Source: Octopus vulgaris (Eukaryota). Taken from it: a stretch of 64,000 bases of DNA. Of the stretch, positions 12,498 to 25,598 are shown one piece after another. Position 1 is the stretch's first letter, and each line of letters opens with the position of its first letter. The DNA is taken from assembly GCA_951406725.2 (NCBI GenBank), contig OX597833.1, forward strand, positions 4,774,001 to 4,838,000, written 5' to 3'. Below the pieces are notes generated by a model. The model did not search any database. It was not told where the DNA came from and saw nothing but the letters and a program-made list of their open reading frames with translations. Position numbers and translations under genes: made by a program.

Positions 12498-12769
12498 CCT
12501 GTTGAAAAATTGCAGGTGTAACCTTTAGACCAAATAGTAATCTGTTATATATTTATATAGTTCTTTATGCATATTTACTGTTAGGTACTTTGAACACTCC
12601 TTGTCTACTCTAATTTGTAGGTAGAGATTCAGGTTCGAAACCACCTTGCCCCTGTTTAACTTAGCAAAAATATCGTTTGGAGTACGTAGTGGATAGTGAC
12701 ATTCATTCAAGCCAGTAGAAAAATCAGCACCCACCCTGAAAAAATTCAAATCAGACCATGTTAACACCA

Positions 12770-12985
12770 AAAATTATTTACATCAAAAAGGTGCTTTTTT
12801 TCTATGAAAATCCCTATTTTTTACGATTTTTTGACTGCTGTGTTGCCATTTTCTGGTGTATTTCAACCAGAAAAATGTTCACTTAAAGAGAATAACAAGC
12901 TACATAAAGCGAAATTTTTACTTTTCGAAAATTCCAATTCTAAAGGGTCGAAACAAACCCGAGCAACGCCGGGCGATACTGCTAG
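12770..12985 (+). mobile_element. Helitron-like 3' terminus
   Basis: Subterminal hairpin CCCG-AGCAACGC-CGGG followed about 9 nt later by CTAG|T (12982-12985). Confidence 0.65.
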
Positions 12986-12998
12986 TTTATTATATAAA

Positions 12999-13156
12999 TG
13001 TATGTGTGTGTGTGTGTGAGTGTGTGTGCGTGCATGTGCATGCGTGCGTGTGTGTGTATGAGTGTGTATGTGAGTGTGAGTGTGTATTGAGTGTGTGTGT
13101 GTGTGCGTGAGTGTGTGTCTGAGTGTGTGTGAGTGTATGTGTGTGTGTGAGTGCGA

Positions 13157-13188
<32 letters not shown>

Positions 13189-13375
13189 ATGTGCGAGTGT
13201 GTGTGTGCGTGAGTGTGTGCGTGTGTGCTTGAATGTGTGTGTGTGTGTGCGTGCGTGAGTGTGTGTGTACGTGCGTGTGTGTACGTGAGTGCGTGAGTGT
13301 GCGTGTGTGTGAGTGTGTGTGCGTGAGTGTGTGTGAGTGTGTGTGTGTGTGTGCGTGCGTGTGTGTGTGTGTGTA
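12999..13375. repeat. Compound (TG)n microsatellite
   Basis: Direct inspection. Confidence 0.95.
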
Positions 13376-14182
13376 CATTCTTCTTCTCTAGAATACATTC
13401 ATGAATTCGACAAGCTGACACAATGTCCTTTTGAGTGGATGCAGGCAGTCGTGATAGGGAGGAAGGAAGAAAGCTTCACCTACTTCAAACAACAACTAGA
13501 ATCATCCACACACACACACACACACACACACAAAGAGAGAGAGAGAGAGAAGAGCGAGTGGGGGGAGGAGTGTAGTTGTCTTGTGTTCTTCCTTCCTCCC
13601 ACCGCCACTTCGCCTCTGCTTTCAACTCCAACATGTTCCATTAACAGCTGCTAACCATTGTCTCTCGTCGTCTCCGTTTCAAATTGTTGCTATTTTCAAA
13701 CGACGCCAAATTTGTGCCAAAAAAAAAAAAAAGTACGAAGACAAACAAATAGATAAATGAATAAATAATAATAACAAATAATAATAATAATAATAATAAT
13801 AATAGTAATCTAGTCTAAACTGGAACAATTGTCTTGGATAAATAACAAAACACCATGGCATCTACCACATGGTTTTGGCGGACGTGGACGAATTTAAAGT
13901 GAAAAAAAAGTGGGTTTGGCTGTTGTTTGATGTTTTAACTACTTCAAGAAATATTTGATAATAAAGTTTTTGTGGTTGTTGTTTTTTTTATTATAATTGT
14001 TTTTTTTATTATTATTGTTCTGAGCGTATTCTCTGGTTGGAATGGTAGGCGGGCAATGGTGGTGGTTTTATGGTTATGGCGACAGAGGTGGACGGAGTTG
14101 CTTGTGGTGGATATGAATGGATTTGTTCGAGGGCAAACGGCTTATATATATATATATATATATATATGAACTTATATGAACT

Positions 14183-14207
<25 letters not shown>

Positions 14208-14213
<6 letters not shown>

Positions 14214-15092
14214 CAAAATCAAATCAAATCAAAACAAATCAAAATAGATGAACATCAATGGAATTTGTATCTTTGTGGTACCAGTGCCGGTGGCACAAGA
14301 AAACCATCCGAACGTGGCGGTAGCCAGTACCGCATCGACTGGCCTCCGTGCTGTGGGCACGTAACAAACACCATCCGATCGTGGCCGTTCGCCAGCCTCA
14401 TCTGGCACCTGTGTCGGTGGCACATAAAAACACCATCCGAAGACCCGGCAAGACTAGTCAGGCCATAACCCGTGGCCCCTACCTGGGACGTAGTCAGTCC
14501 ACCTGTGCATACCTTCCTTCTTGTGACACTTGTGAAGACCTGTGAAGACCTGTTGAGGCAAGTGAAAATCAAATCAAATCAAATCAAATCAAAACAAATC
14601 AAAATAGATGAACATCAATGGAATTTGTATCTTTGTGGTACCAGTGCCGGTGGCACACAAGAAAATCATCCGAACGTGGCCGTAGCCAGTGCCGCATCGA
14701 CTGGCCTCCGTGCTGTGGGCACGTAACAAACACCATCTGATCGTGGCCGTTCGCCAGCCTCATCTGGCACCTGTGTCGGTGGCACATAAAAAACACCATC
14801 CGAGCGTGGCCGTTCGCCAGCCTCATCTGGCACCTGTGTCGGTGGCACATAAAAAACACCTACCGAGCGTGGCCGTTCGCCAGCCTCATCTGGCACCTGT
14901 GTCGGTGGCACGTAAAAAGCACCCACTACACTCTCGGAGTGGTTGGCGTTAGGAAGGGCATCCAGCTGTAGAAACACTGCCAGATCTGACTGGCCTGGTG
15001 CAGCCTTCGGGCTACCCAGACCCCAGTTGAACCGTCCAACCCATGCTAGCATGGAAAGCGGACGTTAAATGATGATGATGATGATGATGATG
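14208..15092 (+). mobile_element. Long family B element with ~360-bp duplication and internal array of 60-67-bp units
   Basis: (AAATC)n-AAATAGATGAACATCAATGG block at ~14212 and ~14567; repeated GTG(T/C)CGGTGGCAC..AAAAA.CACC; ends in (GAT)n. Confidence 0.85.
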
Positions 15093-15254
15093 ATATATAT
15101 ATATATAAGTTCAGCAAAAATTTAGATTCAAATGAATATGGTACCTAATTTATATGCACCAGAATTCTGTATGGTGTTATCTATATAAATCTGTGGGGTG
15201 ATTATAATCAAAATAAGCAAACTATGTACATATACATATATATATATATCTATA

Positions 15255-15306
<52 letters not shown>

Positions 15307-15854
15307 TATATATATGTATGTATATATCTATCTATCTATCTATCTATCTCTCTCTCTCTATATATATATGTATACACACACATACATATATATATATATA
15401 TAAATGCTTATGTATATATATGTGCGTAAAGAGAGATAAACAGATACATACATATGTACATACATACATACATACATGCATGCATATATACATAAAAGTA
15501 CATACTCCTACGCACACAGTCACACGTACATTTACATAATTATAATCCAACCTAATCTAAATACACTTAGTCGAGAATTTAGTTCCGTGTGTAAGACAAA
15601 CATGTTATTGTTTGTTGTATTGCAGTTGGGGACTTGTTTCAAATTCTTTACATGGCAACATGTTCATATTCCAGATGGTGGCCATTTATTCCTCTGTTGG
15701 CCCTGAACATGGATTAATAAACAGGATTTCTAGAGCCATGTGTCAATGACTGACGAAGGAAAAGAATGAGAACCATTGGATAATTATTAATTATAATTGA
15801 TGTCTATCTATCTATCTATTTATATCTGTCTGTTTGTCTGTCTAACATATATAT

Positions 15855-16143
15855 ATATGCCAGCCTCGCCTGGCCCTCGTGCCGGTGGCACATAAAAAGC
15901 ACCATCCGTTCGTGGCCGTTTGCCAGCTCTGTCTGGCACCTGTGCGGGTGGCACGTAAAAAGCACCCACTACACTCTCGGAGTGGTTGGCGTTAGGAAGG
16001 GCATCCAGCCGTAGAAACACGGCCAGATTTGACTGGGCCTGATGAAGCCGTCTGGCTTCACAGACCCCAGTAGAACCGTCCAACCCATGCTAGCATGGAA
16101 AACGGACGCTAAACGATGATGATGATGATGATGATGATGATGA
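15855..16143 (+). mobile_element. Family B element (2 units)
   Basis: Same core and (GAT)n tail. Confidence 0.85.
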
Positions 16144-16816
16144 TATTCAAATATATATGCACACACATACACACAAATATATACTATGAGCCTTCCATCG
16201 TAACTTTCTCTCTGTGACTTACAAAGCCTTTCGGATTTGTTTATGAATATCGTATAGTAGACGGAAACTGAAAGAAGCCTGTCGTATATATGTATATGTA
16301 TGTGTCTGTATATGTTTGTGTGTCTGTGTCTGTCCCTCTAGCATTGCTTGACAACCGATGCTAGTGTGTTTACGTCCCCGTCACTTAGCGGTTCGGCAAA
16401 AGAGACCGATAGAATAAGTACTGGGCTTACAAAGAATAAGTCCCAGGGTCGATTTGCTCGACTAAAGGCGGTGCTCCAGCATGGCCACAGTCAAATGACT
16501 GAAACAAGTAAAAGAGAGTAAAGAGAGCATTAAACAGTTTAAGTACATATTAACTAAATTTGACTGAAATTGATGGGTCAGCGTTTAACCAATTGGATCT
16601 GCAAAGAGCCGTGTAAGCATTGATTTGTGTGTTCAATTCGGTCATTTGGTTGCATTTAAAAATTCTTGCTTCAAATCGGAGAATAAATATTATTATGATA
16701 TATTAATATATATATATACATATATAATAGTTTATAACATAGGTAATTGATACCGGCAGCAAAAAACGTAAATTTCTTATCTCTTAGATAGTTATTCCAA
16801 CTGCTGACTCTGCTTA

Positions 16817-16884
<68 letters not shown>

Positions 16885-16885
<1 letters not shown>

Positions 16886-17256
16886 CAGCCTTGGTTTCTG
16901 CCGGAGTCTCCTTCCATTCACAAGTTCTCCAGGCCTGTGATATGCAGAACACTGACTGGGAGAACAATGCCTGTCATCGCCACAGATGGAGGAAGCAGGT
17001 TAAGGAGGGGACCGACACTTTTGAGAGAGCACGTATCCAGCATGAAGAACTTAAGCGAGCTGCGCGAAAGCGCACGGCTCGTATAGTGAATGGGGTAAGC
17101 TTGGTCTGCAATTTTTGCAGTCGTGTATGCTTGTCAAGAGCAGGGCTCATTAGCCACCAACGGAGCTGCAAATGCAAAATATAAGTTAGTCCTAGAGCAC
17201 ACAATGTTCCTGAAGGTCAGCAATGGTCTTCCTCGGTCACGAGTGGACGGCCATCA
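16885..17256 (+). mobile_element. RTE-clade LINE 3' fragment
   Basis: WENNACHRHRWRKQVKEG...CNFCSRVCLSRAGLISHQRSC (RTE/BovB-type C-terminal Cys/His motif); short 3'UTR. Confidence 0.8.
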
Positions 17257-17268
17257 TGTATGTATGTA

Positions 17269-17320
<52 letters not shown>

Positions 17321-19380
17321 TGTATGCATGTATGTATGTATGTATATATAATAGATCAGGATTTAAGTTAATCAGGCATTTGAATGGTAAGGTACCAGGT
17401 TGTGTTGAAGATTTGTACACAACCAAAAAAGTAGGGATATACATACACGGGTATCGAAGCACAGGTGGAGAGATATTCAGGTGATGTATACGATTAGCTG
17501 TACCCAACAGAATATGTCATTAGTCTTAAGGTTAATCTAGGAAAAGCACATTGCACTAAAGGTATGGCCTATAATATACTTTGGTTCCATGCAAGGAGCA
17601 TGTTTCAAGTGAGGTGAATAATATAAATGAATAACAACAGGCAGATAATGTGTCAATCTACTGCTGCTGTTTCCAATTAGTCTTTAATTAATTAATGGAG
17701 AAATTACATTATTAGTGAAGATATGAATTGCAACATTCAAAATCCAACAACTTGTGTCACTTCATGGATTCCATGACCAGTGCCGGTCATGGAATGACAA
17801 TTCTGCCATCAACAAAAGAAAGAAAAAAACAAAATATAAACAACAATAAAAAGAGCTCTGATTTATTAGAATATCAAGTATGATAAAAATATTTAACACC
17901 TCGTATGCATAGATACAGGGTGCAACGGAAAAGAAAAGATGTCCTGGATTCTACACATTTACAAATGTTTCATTAAAATACACACAAAATGCATTAATTA
18001 AAACCAAAATGGTAAATGAAAAAGAATGGTAAGACATTGGCTCCCTAAAGACACCATTATCATCAATGGAACTTCACTGGTGCCAAGCCAATGGCCATCT
18101 AAAATGCAGGAGGTTTTTCTGCTGCACCCAGTATTTCCTATTTCATGACTAGAACTCTTAATAAAATATGCACAGACAATATTTCAATTTTGAAAATAAT
18201 TACAAATTTAGAGAGATTCATTAAAATAACAAACTTTATTAATTAATTATAAGTTTGGTGCTTGGAACATATCAAAAGTTTCCTATTTTTGAAATTAAAT
18301 GTAAAGGATTTATAATTGGATGTTTTGTGATAAGGAATTAGAGACAGTTCTCGTTGAATTGGTATCAAAAAAGAAATACAGATACACATAGGCACAAGTG
18401 TGGCTGTGTGGTTAAGGAGTTTGCTTTGCAAGCATGAGGTTTCAGGATCATTCCCACTGTGCAGCACCTTGGGAAAGTATTTTCTATTAATAACCTTAGG
18501 CTGATCAATGTGCCTCGGGAGTGAATTTAATAGACAAATACATATTTATATTTTTGTCTGTCTGTCTACCTATTTATCAGTGTATATATGTATGTATATA
18601 TCTTTCTACCTATCTATCTATCTATCTATCTATCTTTCTATCCATCTATCTATGTGACCATCTATCTGACACTCTCTCTCTCTTTCTATCTACACACACA
18701 CACACACATGCACACACACACATGCACACACACACGCACATCACACACACACATATATATTCACACACACACATATATACTTTTAATAGTTTCTGTCATT
18801 GGTCAGTACTCTAGCATGGGCACTATACCAAAAAGTTTAACTGAATGAATTGACCCCCAGCATTTATTATTTTTTGGTAATGGTTAGCAGCAGGAAAGGC
18901 ATTGGCAGCTTTTTGCCATTACTTTTGTTTTCACTCAGCCTGATGAATATGCTCGAAGTAAACAACTTGTTTATTTCAAACACCAGAAATTTTTCCACGA
19001 ACATGAAACTTGAGTTGCTGTAAAAATGTCATTAACATTCTATATAAGGATTTAACTAAACTCTCACATGAACTGAGTGCTTTCCCTTGTTGAAAGTTAT
19101 TCAACAATAACATACATAATACATACATACATACATACATACACACACATACACATACATACATACATACATACATACATACACACACATACACATACAT
19201 ACATACATACATACACACACGTACATACAAATATATGTACATACATTCTATTCATACTGCTTCAGTCTATCCACTGCTGATATATACATACATAGACATA
19301 GATGCACACACACACACACACATATATACACACAGCCACATATATTTATACACACACACATATGTCTGTCTGTCTCTCTC

Positions 19381-19443
<63 letters not shown>

Positions 19444-19535
19444 CTCTATCTATCTATATATTTAAATATGCATATTTATGTATTATATGATTATTTATGC
19501 CTATGCATGTGTGTGTGTGTGTGTGTGTGTGCATG

Positions 19536-19570
<35 letters not shown>

Positions 19571-19860
19571 ATGCATGTGTGTGTGTGTGTAGACATGCCT
19601 GTACTCTAAAATAGTGGTCTACTCAATATACAAAGCAAATATCGATGTGAAAGAAATAAAGTTTTTTTGATTATAGATGTTTTTTGCACAATGATACACC
19701 ATGTGTAACTTGAAAATACATATTCTGAGAGAACACTACATTAAAATCTCTAATGAGAAAACCAAATTTGTCAAATGTGAATCAGAGCCAGGGCTTATGA
19801 CTAACATTCCCTGTGTGATCAATTAGTCTTTATACATTTTTAATTATTCATATTAATCAT

Positions 19861-20651
19861 TTAACTGTGGTGTGAATTCCATGACTGTATGTCACTATTC
19901 AAATCGACAATTTCCCTGCTTTTAGGATTCTCCTCCTCACTATTTTCAGAACTGTCTTTCACACTATTTTTAGGGCTCTCTTCCAGGAGCCTTTCAGAAT
20001 TGTCCTCCACACTTATATCAGAACTGTCCCCAACTTTAATATCAGAACCGTCAACAAGTTTGGTCTCAAAAATGCTCTCCAGTCTGTTCTCTAAACCATC
20101 TTCCAGTCTACTTTCAAAAGTGTCGTCTGATTTACTCTCAGAACTGTCTTCCAATTTGCTTTCAGAGCTATCCTCCAAAATGCTCTCAAAATTGTTCTTC
20201 ATTTGACTCTCAAAATTGTCCTCTAACCTACTCTCAAAACTGTCATCTATTTGACTCTCAGAACTTTCTCCAAATATTCTCTCAAAACTGTCCTCCATTT
20301 GACTCTCAGAACTGTCTTTTAGTTGACTCTCAGAACTGTCCTCCAGTTGACTCTCAAAACTGTCCTCCAGTTGACTCTCAGAGCTGTCATCCAATCTGTT
20401 CTCAGAACTGTCCTCCAGTCGGATATCAGTGCTGTTCTCCATTCCAATATCAAAACTGTTCATTTTGTCTTCTGTCTCTCTGGAATCCAAAGCGTTTCCA
20501 ATTTTCAAAGATCCATTTTCGGTTTGCTTTGGATCTTCCTCCAAAATTTCAGTAAGGTTAATGTTTGATATATTGGTGCTTACCAATATTTCTGAAACAT
20601 TCAAGGTCCAAGGTGCTCCTTGGAATTCTTCAGGACTTATTCTTCCATCTC
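19861..20651 (-). CDS. Secreted EF-hand / acidic-repeat protein, coding exon 3 (terminal)
   Basis: Pyrimidine-rich acceptor ...TTTTGTCATACCTAG, phase 1; completes DKNG|DGRISPEEF; open for 262 further codons to TAA at 19861. Confidence 0.88.
19942..20421 (-). repeat. Coding 24-nt tandem repeat, about 20 x [RQK]LEDS[SF]ES
   Basis: Unit ACTCTCAGAACTGTCCTCCAGTTG (plus strand); frame preserved throughout. Confidence 0.9.
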
Positions 20652-20953
20652 CTAGGTATGACAAAAGAAAAAAAGAGAGAAAAAAATATTAATTTTGTTA
20701 CAATTAAGGGTCACAGCAACATGTAATGTTTTAGTTAAGGGTCACAACAACAGGATTTTCATTGAATTGATATGTGTGGTTGTGTGATTGAGAAGCTGGC
20801 TTCTCAGGTTCAATCCCACAGTCCAGCATCTTGGGTGAATATTCTCTGCTATAACCCCAGGCCAACAAAATCCTGTGAGTGAATTTGATAGGTAGAAACT
20901 GAAAGAAGTCCATTGTATACATACATACATACATACATACATACATACATACA

Positions 20954-21004
<51 letters not shown>

Positions 21005-21005
<1 letters not shown>

Positions 21006-21362
21006 GGTGTGGGAGTCGCTGTGTAGTAAGAAGATTGATTCCCAACCACATGGTTCCTGGTTCAGTCCCACTGTGTGGCATCTTGGGCAAGTCTCTTATA
21101 CTATAGCCTTGAACCGACCAAAGCCTTGTGAGTGAATATGGTAGACGGAAACCAAAAGAAGCCCATAGTATATGTATATGTTTGTGTGTCTGTGTTTGTC
21201 CCTCCATCACTGCTTGACAACCAGTGTTGGTGCGTTTACATGACCGTAACTTAGCAGTTTGGCAATAAGTACCAGGCTTACAAGTCCTGGGGTTGATTTG
21301 TTCAACTAAAGGCAGTGCTCCAGCATGACCATAGACAAATGACTGAAACAAGTAAAAGAATA
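21005..21362 (+). mobile_element. SINE family A
   Basis: Head, body and tail homologous to other copies. Confidence 0.85.
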
Positions 21363-21428
21363 GAATATATATATATAACATATATAAAATGTAAGCTGAC
21401 TAAGGGATAAAAAATCTGTATATACTAT

Positions 21429-21815
21429 TCATCATCATCATCATCGTTTAATGTCCGTTTTCCATGCTAGCATGGGTTGGACGGTTCGACCGGGGATCTG
21501 GGAAGCCAGAAGGCTGCATCAGGCTCCAGTCTGATCTGGCAGTGTTTCTACAGCTGGATGTCCTTCCTAGTGCCAACCACTCCGTGAGTGAAGTGGGTGC
21601 TTTTTATGTGCCACCGGCACAGGTGCCAGACGAGGCTGGTAACGGCCATGATCAGATTGGTGCATTTTATGTGCCACCGGCACAGGTGCCAGACGAGGCT
21701 GGTAACGGCCATGATCAGATTGGTGCATTTTATGTGCCACCGGCACAGAAGCCAGTCAAGGCTGCGCTGGCATCGGCCACAATTCGGATGGTGCTTTTTA
21801 TGTGCCACCGGCATG
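21429..21815 (-). mobile_element. Family B element with unit array
   Basis: Core, (CAT)n on the plus strand, four GTGCCACCGGCA motifs. Confidence 0.85.
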
Positions 21816-22261
21816 GTACTATTAGAAGCATATAATCTACCATCATGGGGCTAACGAAGTCTGTAGGTAAGGGAGTGAACTAGTACTGGTCTAGGGAGCA
21901 AAAAACTTTTTGAAGGGTAATTTCAATATAAAGGGGGAACCAGGATGTTTTGAAAGTTATGAAAAGAAACTGGCAGAATCGTTAGCGTGTTGGGAAAAAT
22001 GCTTAGCGGCATTTCCACTGTCTTTACGTTCTAAGTTCAAATTCCTCCGAGGTTGACTTTGTCTTTCATTCTCTCAGGGTTGATAAATTAAGTACCAGTT
22101 GCATACTGGGGCCGATCTAATCGACTAGCTCCCTCCCCACAAATTTTGGGCCTTATGCCTAGAGTAGTAAAAAAAAAAAATTAAAATCAGGGAGGAAGAA
22201 AACCTGTCTGCAAATTTTTTTGTTTTTAGTTCTGCCACTGCTATCAAATTCACTCACAGGT

Positions 22262-22740
22262 GGTGAAGCTTGTGTTTTTCTCTGTTTAAGGACCCCTGCA
22301 TTAAGGGCCAATATGGTTGATGAGGGGATAACACCTGTTTGGTTGTGTGAACCGTTTTATCTGGTTTTACAAGTCGTAATTTTATATTTAATATCTTCTC
22401 TGGCGAAATATCTTAGTGCGGTCATTGATATAAGCCTCCTCATCACACAAAATATACACTCCTGCTGTTGTTGTTGTTGCTGTTATTGTTGTTGGTGAAG
22501 CTTGTGGTTTTTCTCTGTTTAGGACCTGCAGGCCAATATGGTTGATGAGGGATAACGATACCCTTTTGGTTGTGTGAACAGTTTTATCTGATTTTACAAG
22601 TCGTAATTTTATATTTAATATCTTCTCTGGTGAAATATCATAGAGCCATCATTGATATAAGCCTCCTCATCACATGGAATAACACACTCCTGCTGTTGTT
22701 GTTGTTGTTGCATCATTGTTGTTGGTGTTGTGGCTGCTGT
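22262..22740. repeat. Direct tandem duplication, ~235 bp x2, in EF-hand gene intron
   Basis: GGTGAAGCTTGTG...GATATAAGCCTCCTCATCACA...CTCCTGCTGTTG occurs twice. Confidence 0.85.
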
Positions 22741-22861
22741 TTAAGGCCATCTCTGATCCAACTGACTTATGATCAACGACAATCCACCGATGACCATCTC
22801 ATTTTATTTTCAAACAGAACGTCTAGAACTATGTTATTCACTGTGTTCTTCCATGTTTAAG

Positions 22862-22913
<52 letters not shown>

Positions 22914-23254
22914 GCTTTCCATGCTAGCATGCAAGCATGGGTTGGACGATTTGACTGAGGGCTGGCGAACCAGATGGCTGCACCAGGCTTCAATCTTGAT
23001 CTGGTAGAGTTTCTACAGCTGGATGCCCTTCCAAAGGCCAACCACTCCGTAAGTTAGCTGCTATTTCTAGCAGACTGAGAGACCACGCAAAGACATCCAC
23101 ATTTTTGCTGTTGTCCAATTCCTTGTTGTTGTTGCTGTTGTTGGATCTTTTAACAAAAGCAGTGAAGAAGGAGTGTCAGTAGAGTATATAAGTACGTACT
23201 CCACCAGGTCAATGGCTCTTCAACACACTGGTCAAAGATAAGGTTTCAAGGGAC

Positions 23255-23902
23255 GCCCAGTGCGTCCATGCTGCCAACAAAGCACGCGGAGTTCTGTTCT
23301 TGACTCGACGGTCATTCGGAATGCTCACAGCAGCCATATTCCTACCACTCTATGTCACGCTGGTGAGACCCATATTGGAGTACGGGATTCAAGCCTATTC
23401 TCCTTATCTCCTCAAAGACATACAGCATCTCGAAAGAGTCCAGAAGCTGGCTACCCGCATGGTTCATGGTCTCAAGCATTTGTCTTATGAAGAAAGGCTG
23501 AAGACACTCGACCTTTATTCTCTAGAAAAGCGACGACGCCGTGGTGATCTCATTCTCGCTCACAACATCATAAGCGGAAAGTGTAACCTCTCGAAAGTGC
23601 TGTTCTTCACTCCTGCTCCAGAGCGTTGGCTGCGGGGTCACTCCGAAAAGCTCTATCTGCGACGATTTCATCTCAATCGAAGGAGAGGGGCTTTCTCCGT
23701 CCGGGTTGCGGATCCGTAGAATAAGCTACCAGATGAGATGGTGAAGATGCCGACAACCGCTCGGTTCAAAGTCTCCCTTGACCTCAAGTGGCCTGAACTC
23801 TTTACATGAACACCACCCTGTACATAACTCCATGTCCCCCTACATGACCTTGCTTTTTGCTCTTTGAGCCAAAAAATTAACTAACTAACTAACTAACTAA
23901 CT
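23255..23902 (+). mobile_element. 5'-truncated CR1 LINE (second family), (TAAC)n tail
   Basis: LYVTLVRPILEYG..LERVQKLATRMV..LSYEERL..LYSLEKRRRRGDLI..RGH; second copy at 45300-45552 (-). Confidence 0.9.
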
Positions 23903-24009
23903 AAGGGTTAGTCTGAAGAACCTGCAACGAATAGAAACCCTACTTTTAGGGTCCACACAGTCACAAAGTAAGGTCCACTTGTTTGGGAAAATACCTGACA
24001 AGAACTTAC

Positions 24010-24220
24010 CATTTTTATCTGCATCTTTAAAAGCTTCCTTAGCGTTCCGTCTTGCACCAGTTGTTTTAATTAATTCCTGCAGACTAATGAAATTATCGTT
24101 AATATTGTTGTCATAGCGTGAGAAGTCCTCAGGAAGAGGCACCGGTCTAAATTCTTCACTGTCCTTTTTGGGGTTCACCAGGAATTGTTTGACAGCTTTG
24201 GGGTCCTTTATTGTTTCAAT
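24010..24220 (-). CDS. Secreted EF-hand protein, coding exon 2
   Basis: Acceptor TTTTGGTCTCTTACAG (phase 0), donor G|GTAAGT (phase 1); FSRYDNNINDNFISLQEL (EF-like loop) and AFKDADKNG (start of canonical EF loop). Confidence 0.9.
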
Positions 24221-24382
24221 CTGTAAGAGACCAAAACGAGAAATAAGCACTTTTTTCATATTTTTATATAAAATCAGAGAGGAGGGGTGGGGTGGGGGCA
24301 ATGTTATTAATCTTTGAAGATGTTACATGATTAACAAGACTGATGATTGATGTAGTTACTGTTAATAATAATAATGATGATG

Positions 24383-24444
<62 letters not shown>

Positions 24445-24479
24445 GATGACGACAACGATGATAATAATAATAATTATTA

Positions 24480-24830
24480 TCCGTTCGTGGCCGTTGCCAG
24501 TCTCGCCTGGCCCCCGTGCCAGTGGCACGTAAAAAGCACCATCCGTTTGTGGCCATTGCCAGCCTCGCCTGGCCCCCGTGCCGGTGGCACATAAAAAGCA
24601 CCATCCAACCGTGGCCGTTTGCCAGCTCCATTGGCACCTGTGCGGGTGGCACGTAAAAAGCACCCACTACACTCACGGAGTGGTTGGCGTTAGGAAGGGC
24701 ATCCAGCTGTAGAAACACTGCCAGATAAGACTAGGCCTGATGCAGCCTTCTGGCTTCCCAGACCCCAGTCGAACCGTCCAACCCATGATAGCATGGAAAG
24801 CGGACGCTAAACGATGATGATGATGATGAT
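24480..24830 (+). mobile_element. Family B element (3 units)
   Basis: Core and (GAT)n tail. Confidence 0.85.
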
Positions 24831-25190
24831 GAATAATGACAATAAAAATGGTTTAAAAATTTTTCACAAGGCCAGTAGGTTTGGGGGAGGGGATAAATCA
24901 ATTACATTGACCCCAGTATACAACTGGTACTTATGTTACCTTTATTTTTGCTGAAATACACTGCATGTGTTTTAATTAATTTTTAAAATAACGAAGACTT
25001 TAGTAAAATAACCGTATCGTTATTAAAACTGGTATTTTGAACATAGATTAACATGAAAGTTTAATTAAAAGTTTTAATTTAAATCATCTTTAAATATAAA
25101 GAAACAAATTTGCATCACAGAACCAGGGGCAATTACTGGTGAGTTGGTCTCAAAGAGACTAAAGAAATGACTAGACTGAGTTGTATTAAA

Positions 25191-25226
<36 letters not shown>

Positions 25227-25227
25227 T

Positions 25228-25281
<54 letters not shown>

Positions 25282-25389
25282 TTTCTCCTCCTCCTCCTCC
25301 TACTGCTACTTCTTTTTCTACTACTACTACTACTACTACTTCTTCTTCTTCTTCTCCTCCTCCTCCTACTACTACTGCTACTTCTTCTT

Positions 25390-25450
<61 letters not shown>

Positions 25451-25598
25451 CACCACCACCACCACCTCTTCTTCTACTTCCTTCTTCTTCTTTCCTCTTC
25501 TTCAATGGTAGCACAGTCTTTCCCCATCCCCAGTTTCCCAAGAGATTCCCAAGAGTTAAAAGGAAAACCGAATCCATTCTTGAAAACTCGTTACCAAC

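Larger units (their letters stand above)
10970..12760 (-). mobile_element. Degenerate Ty3/gypsy LTR-retrotransposon pol (RT-RNase H), interrupted twice
   Basis: ADFSTGLN..YPLRTPNDIFAKLNRGK, PAIFQQ/METMLADCEFAIPYLDD (YLDD ~12178-12189), ASEYGIG, EKEALVIIFAMKKFHRFLHGRSF; frameshifts and stops. Confidence 0.9.

Noticed and set aside
12271-12528. Recurrent ORFs such as FLQLDALPNANHS..GAFYVPPAQ and EDTCPRCHAVGLNPEP
   Set aside because: Translations of family B and family A repeats, with frames differing among copies
13400-13900. Unique, promoter-like stretch with a possible minus-strand donor near 13480
   Set aside because: No convincing acceptor upstream of the WASL ATG and no ORF; evidence insufficient
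14640-14925. Repeat/spacer-like array resembling CRISPR
   Set aside because: The variable segments are homologous hairpin loops, the array is internal to a dispersed retroposon, there are no cas genes, and the DNA is eukaryotic
24481-24665. GCCAGCCTCGCCTGGC resembling HDV ribozyme P3/L3
   Set aside because: Could not build consistent P1, P1.1, P2 or the catalytic C junction, and the loop sequence varies freely between units
25589-25595. Alternative donor G|GTAACG for EF-hand exon 1
   Set aside because: Phase 1 is incompatible with the phase-0 acceptor of exon 2
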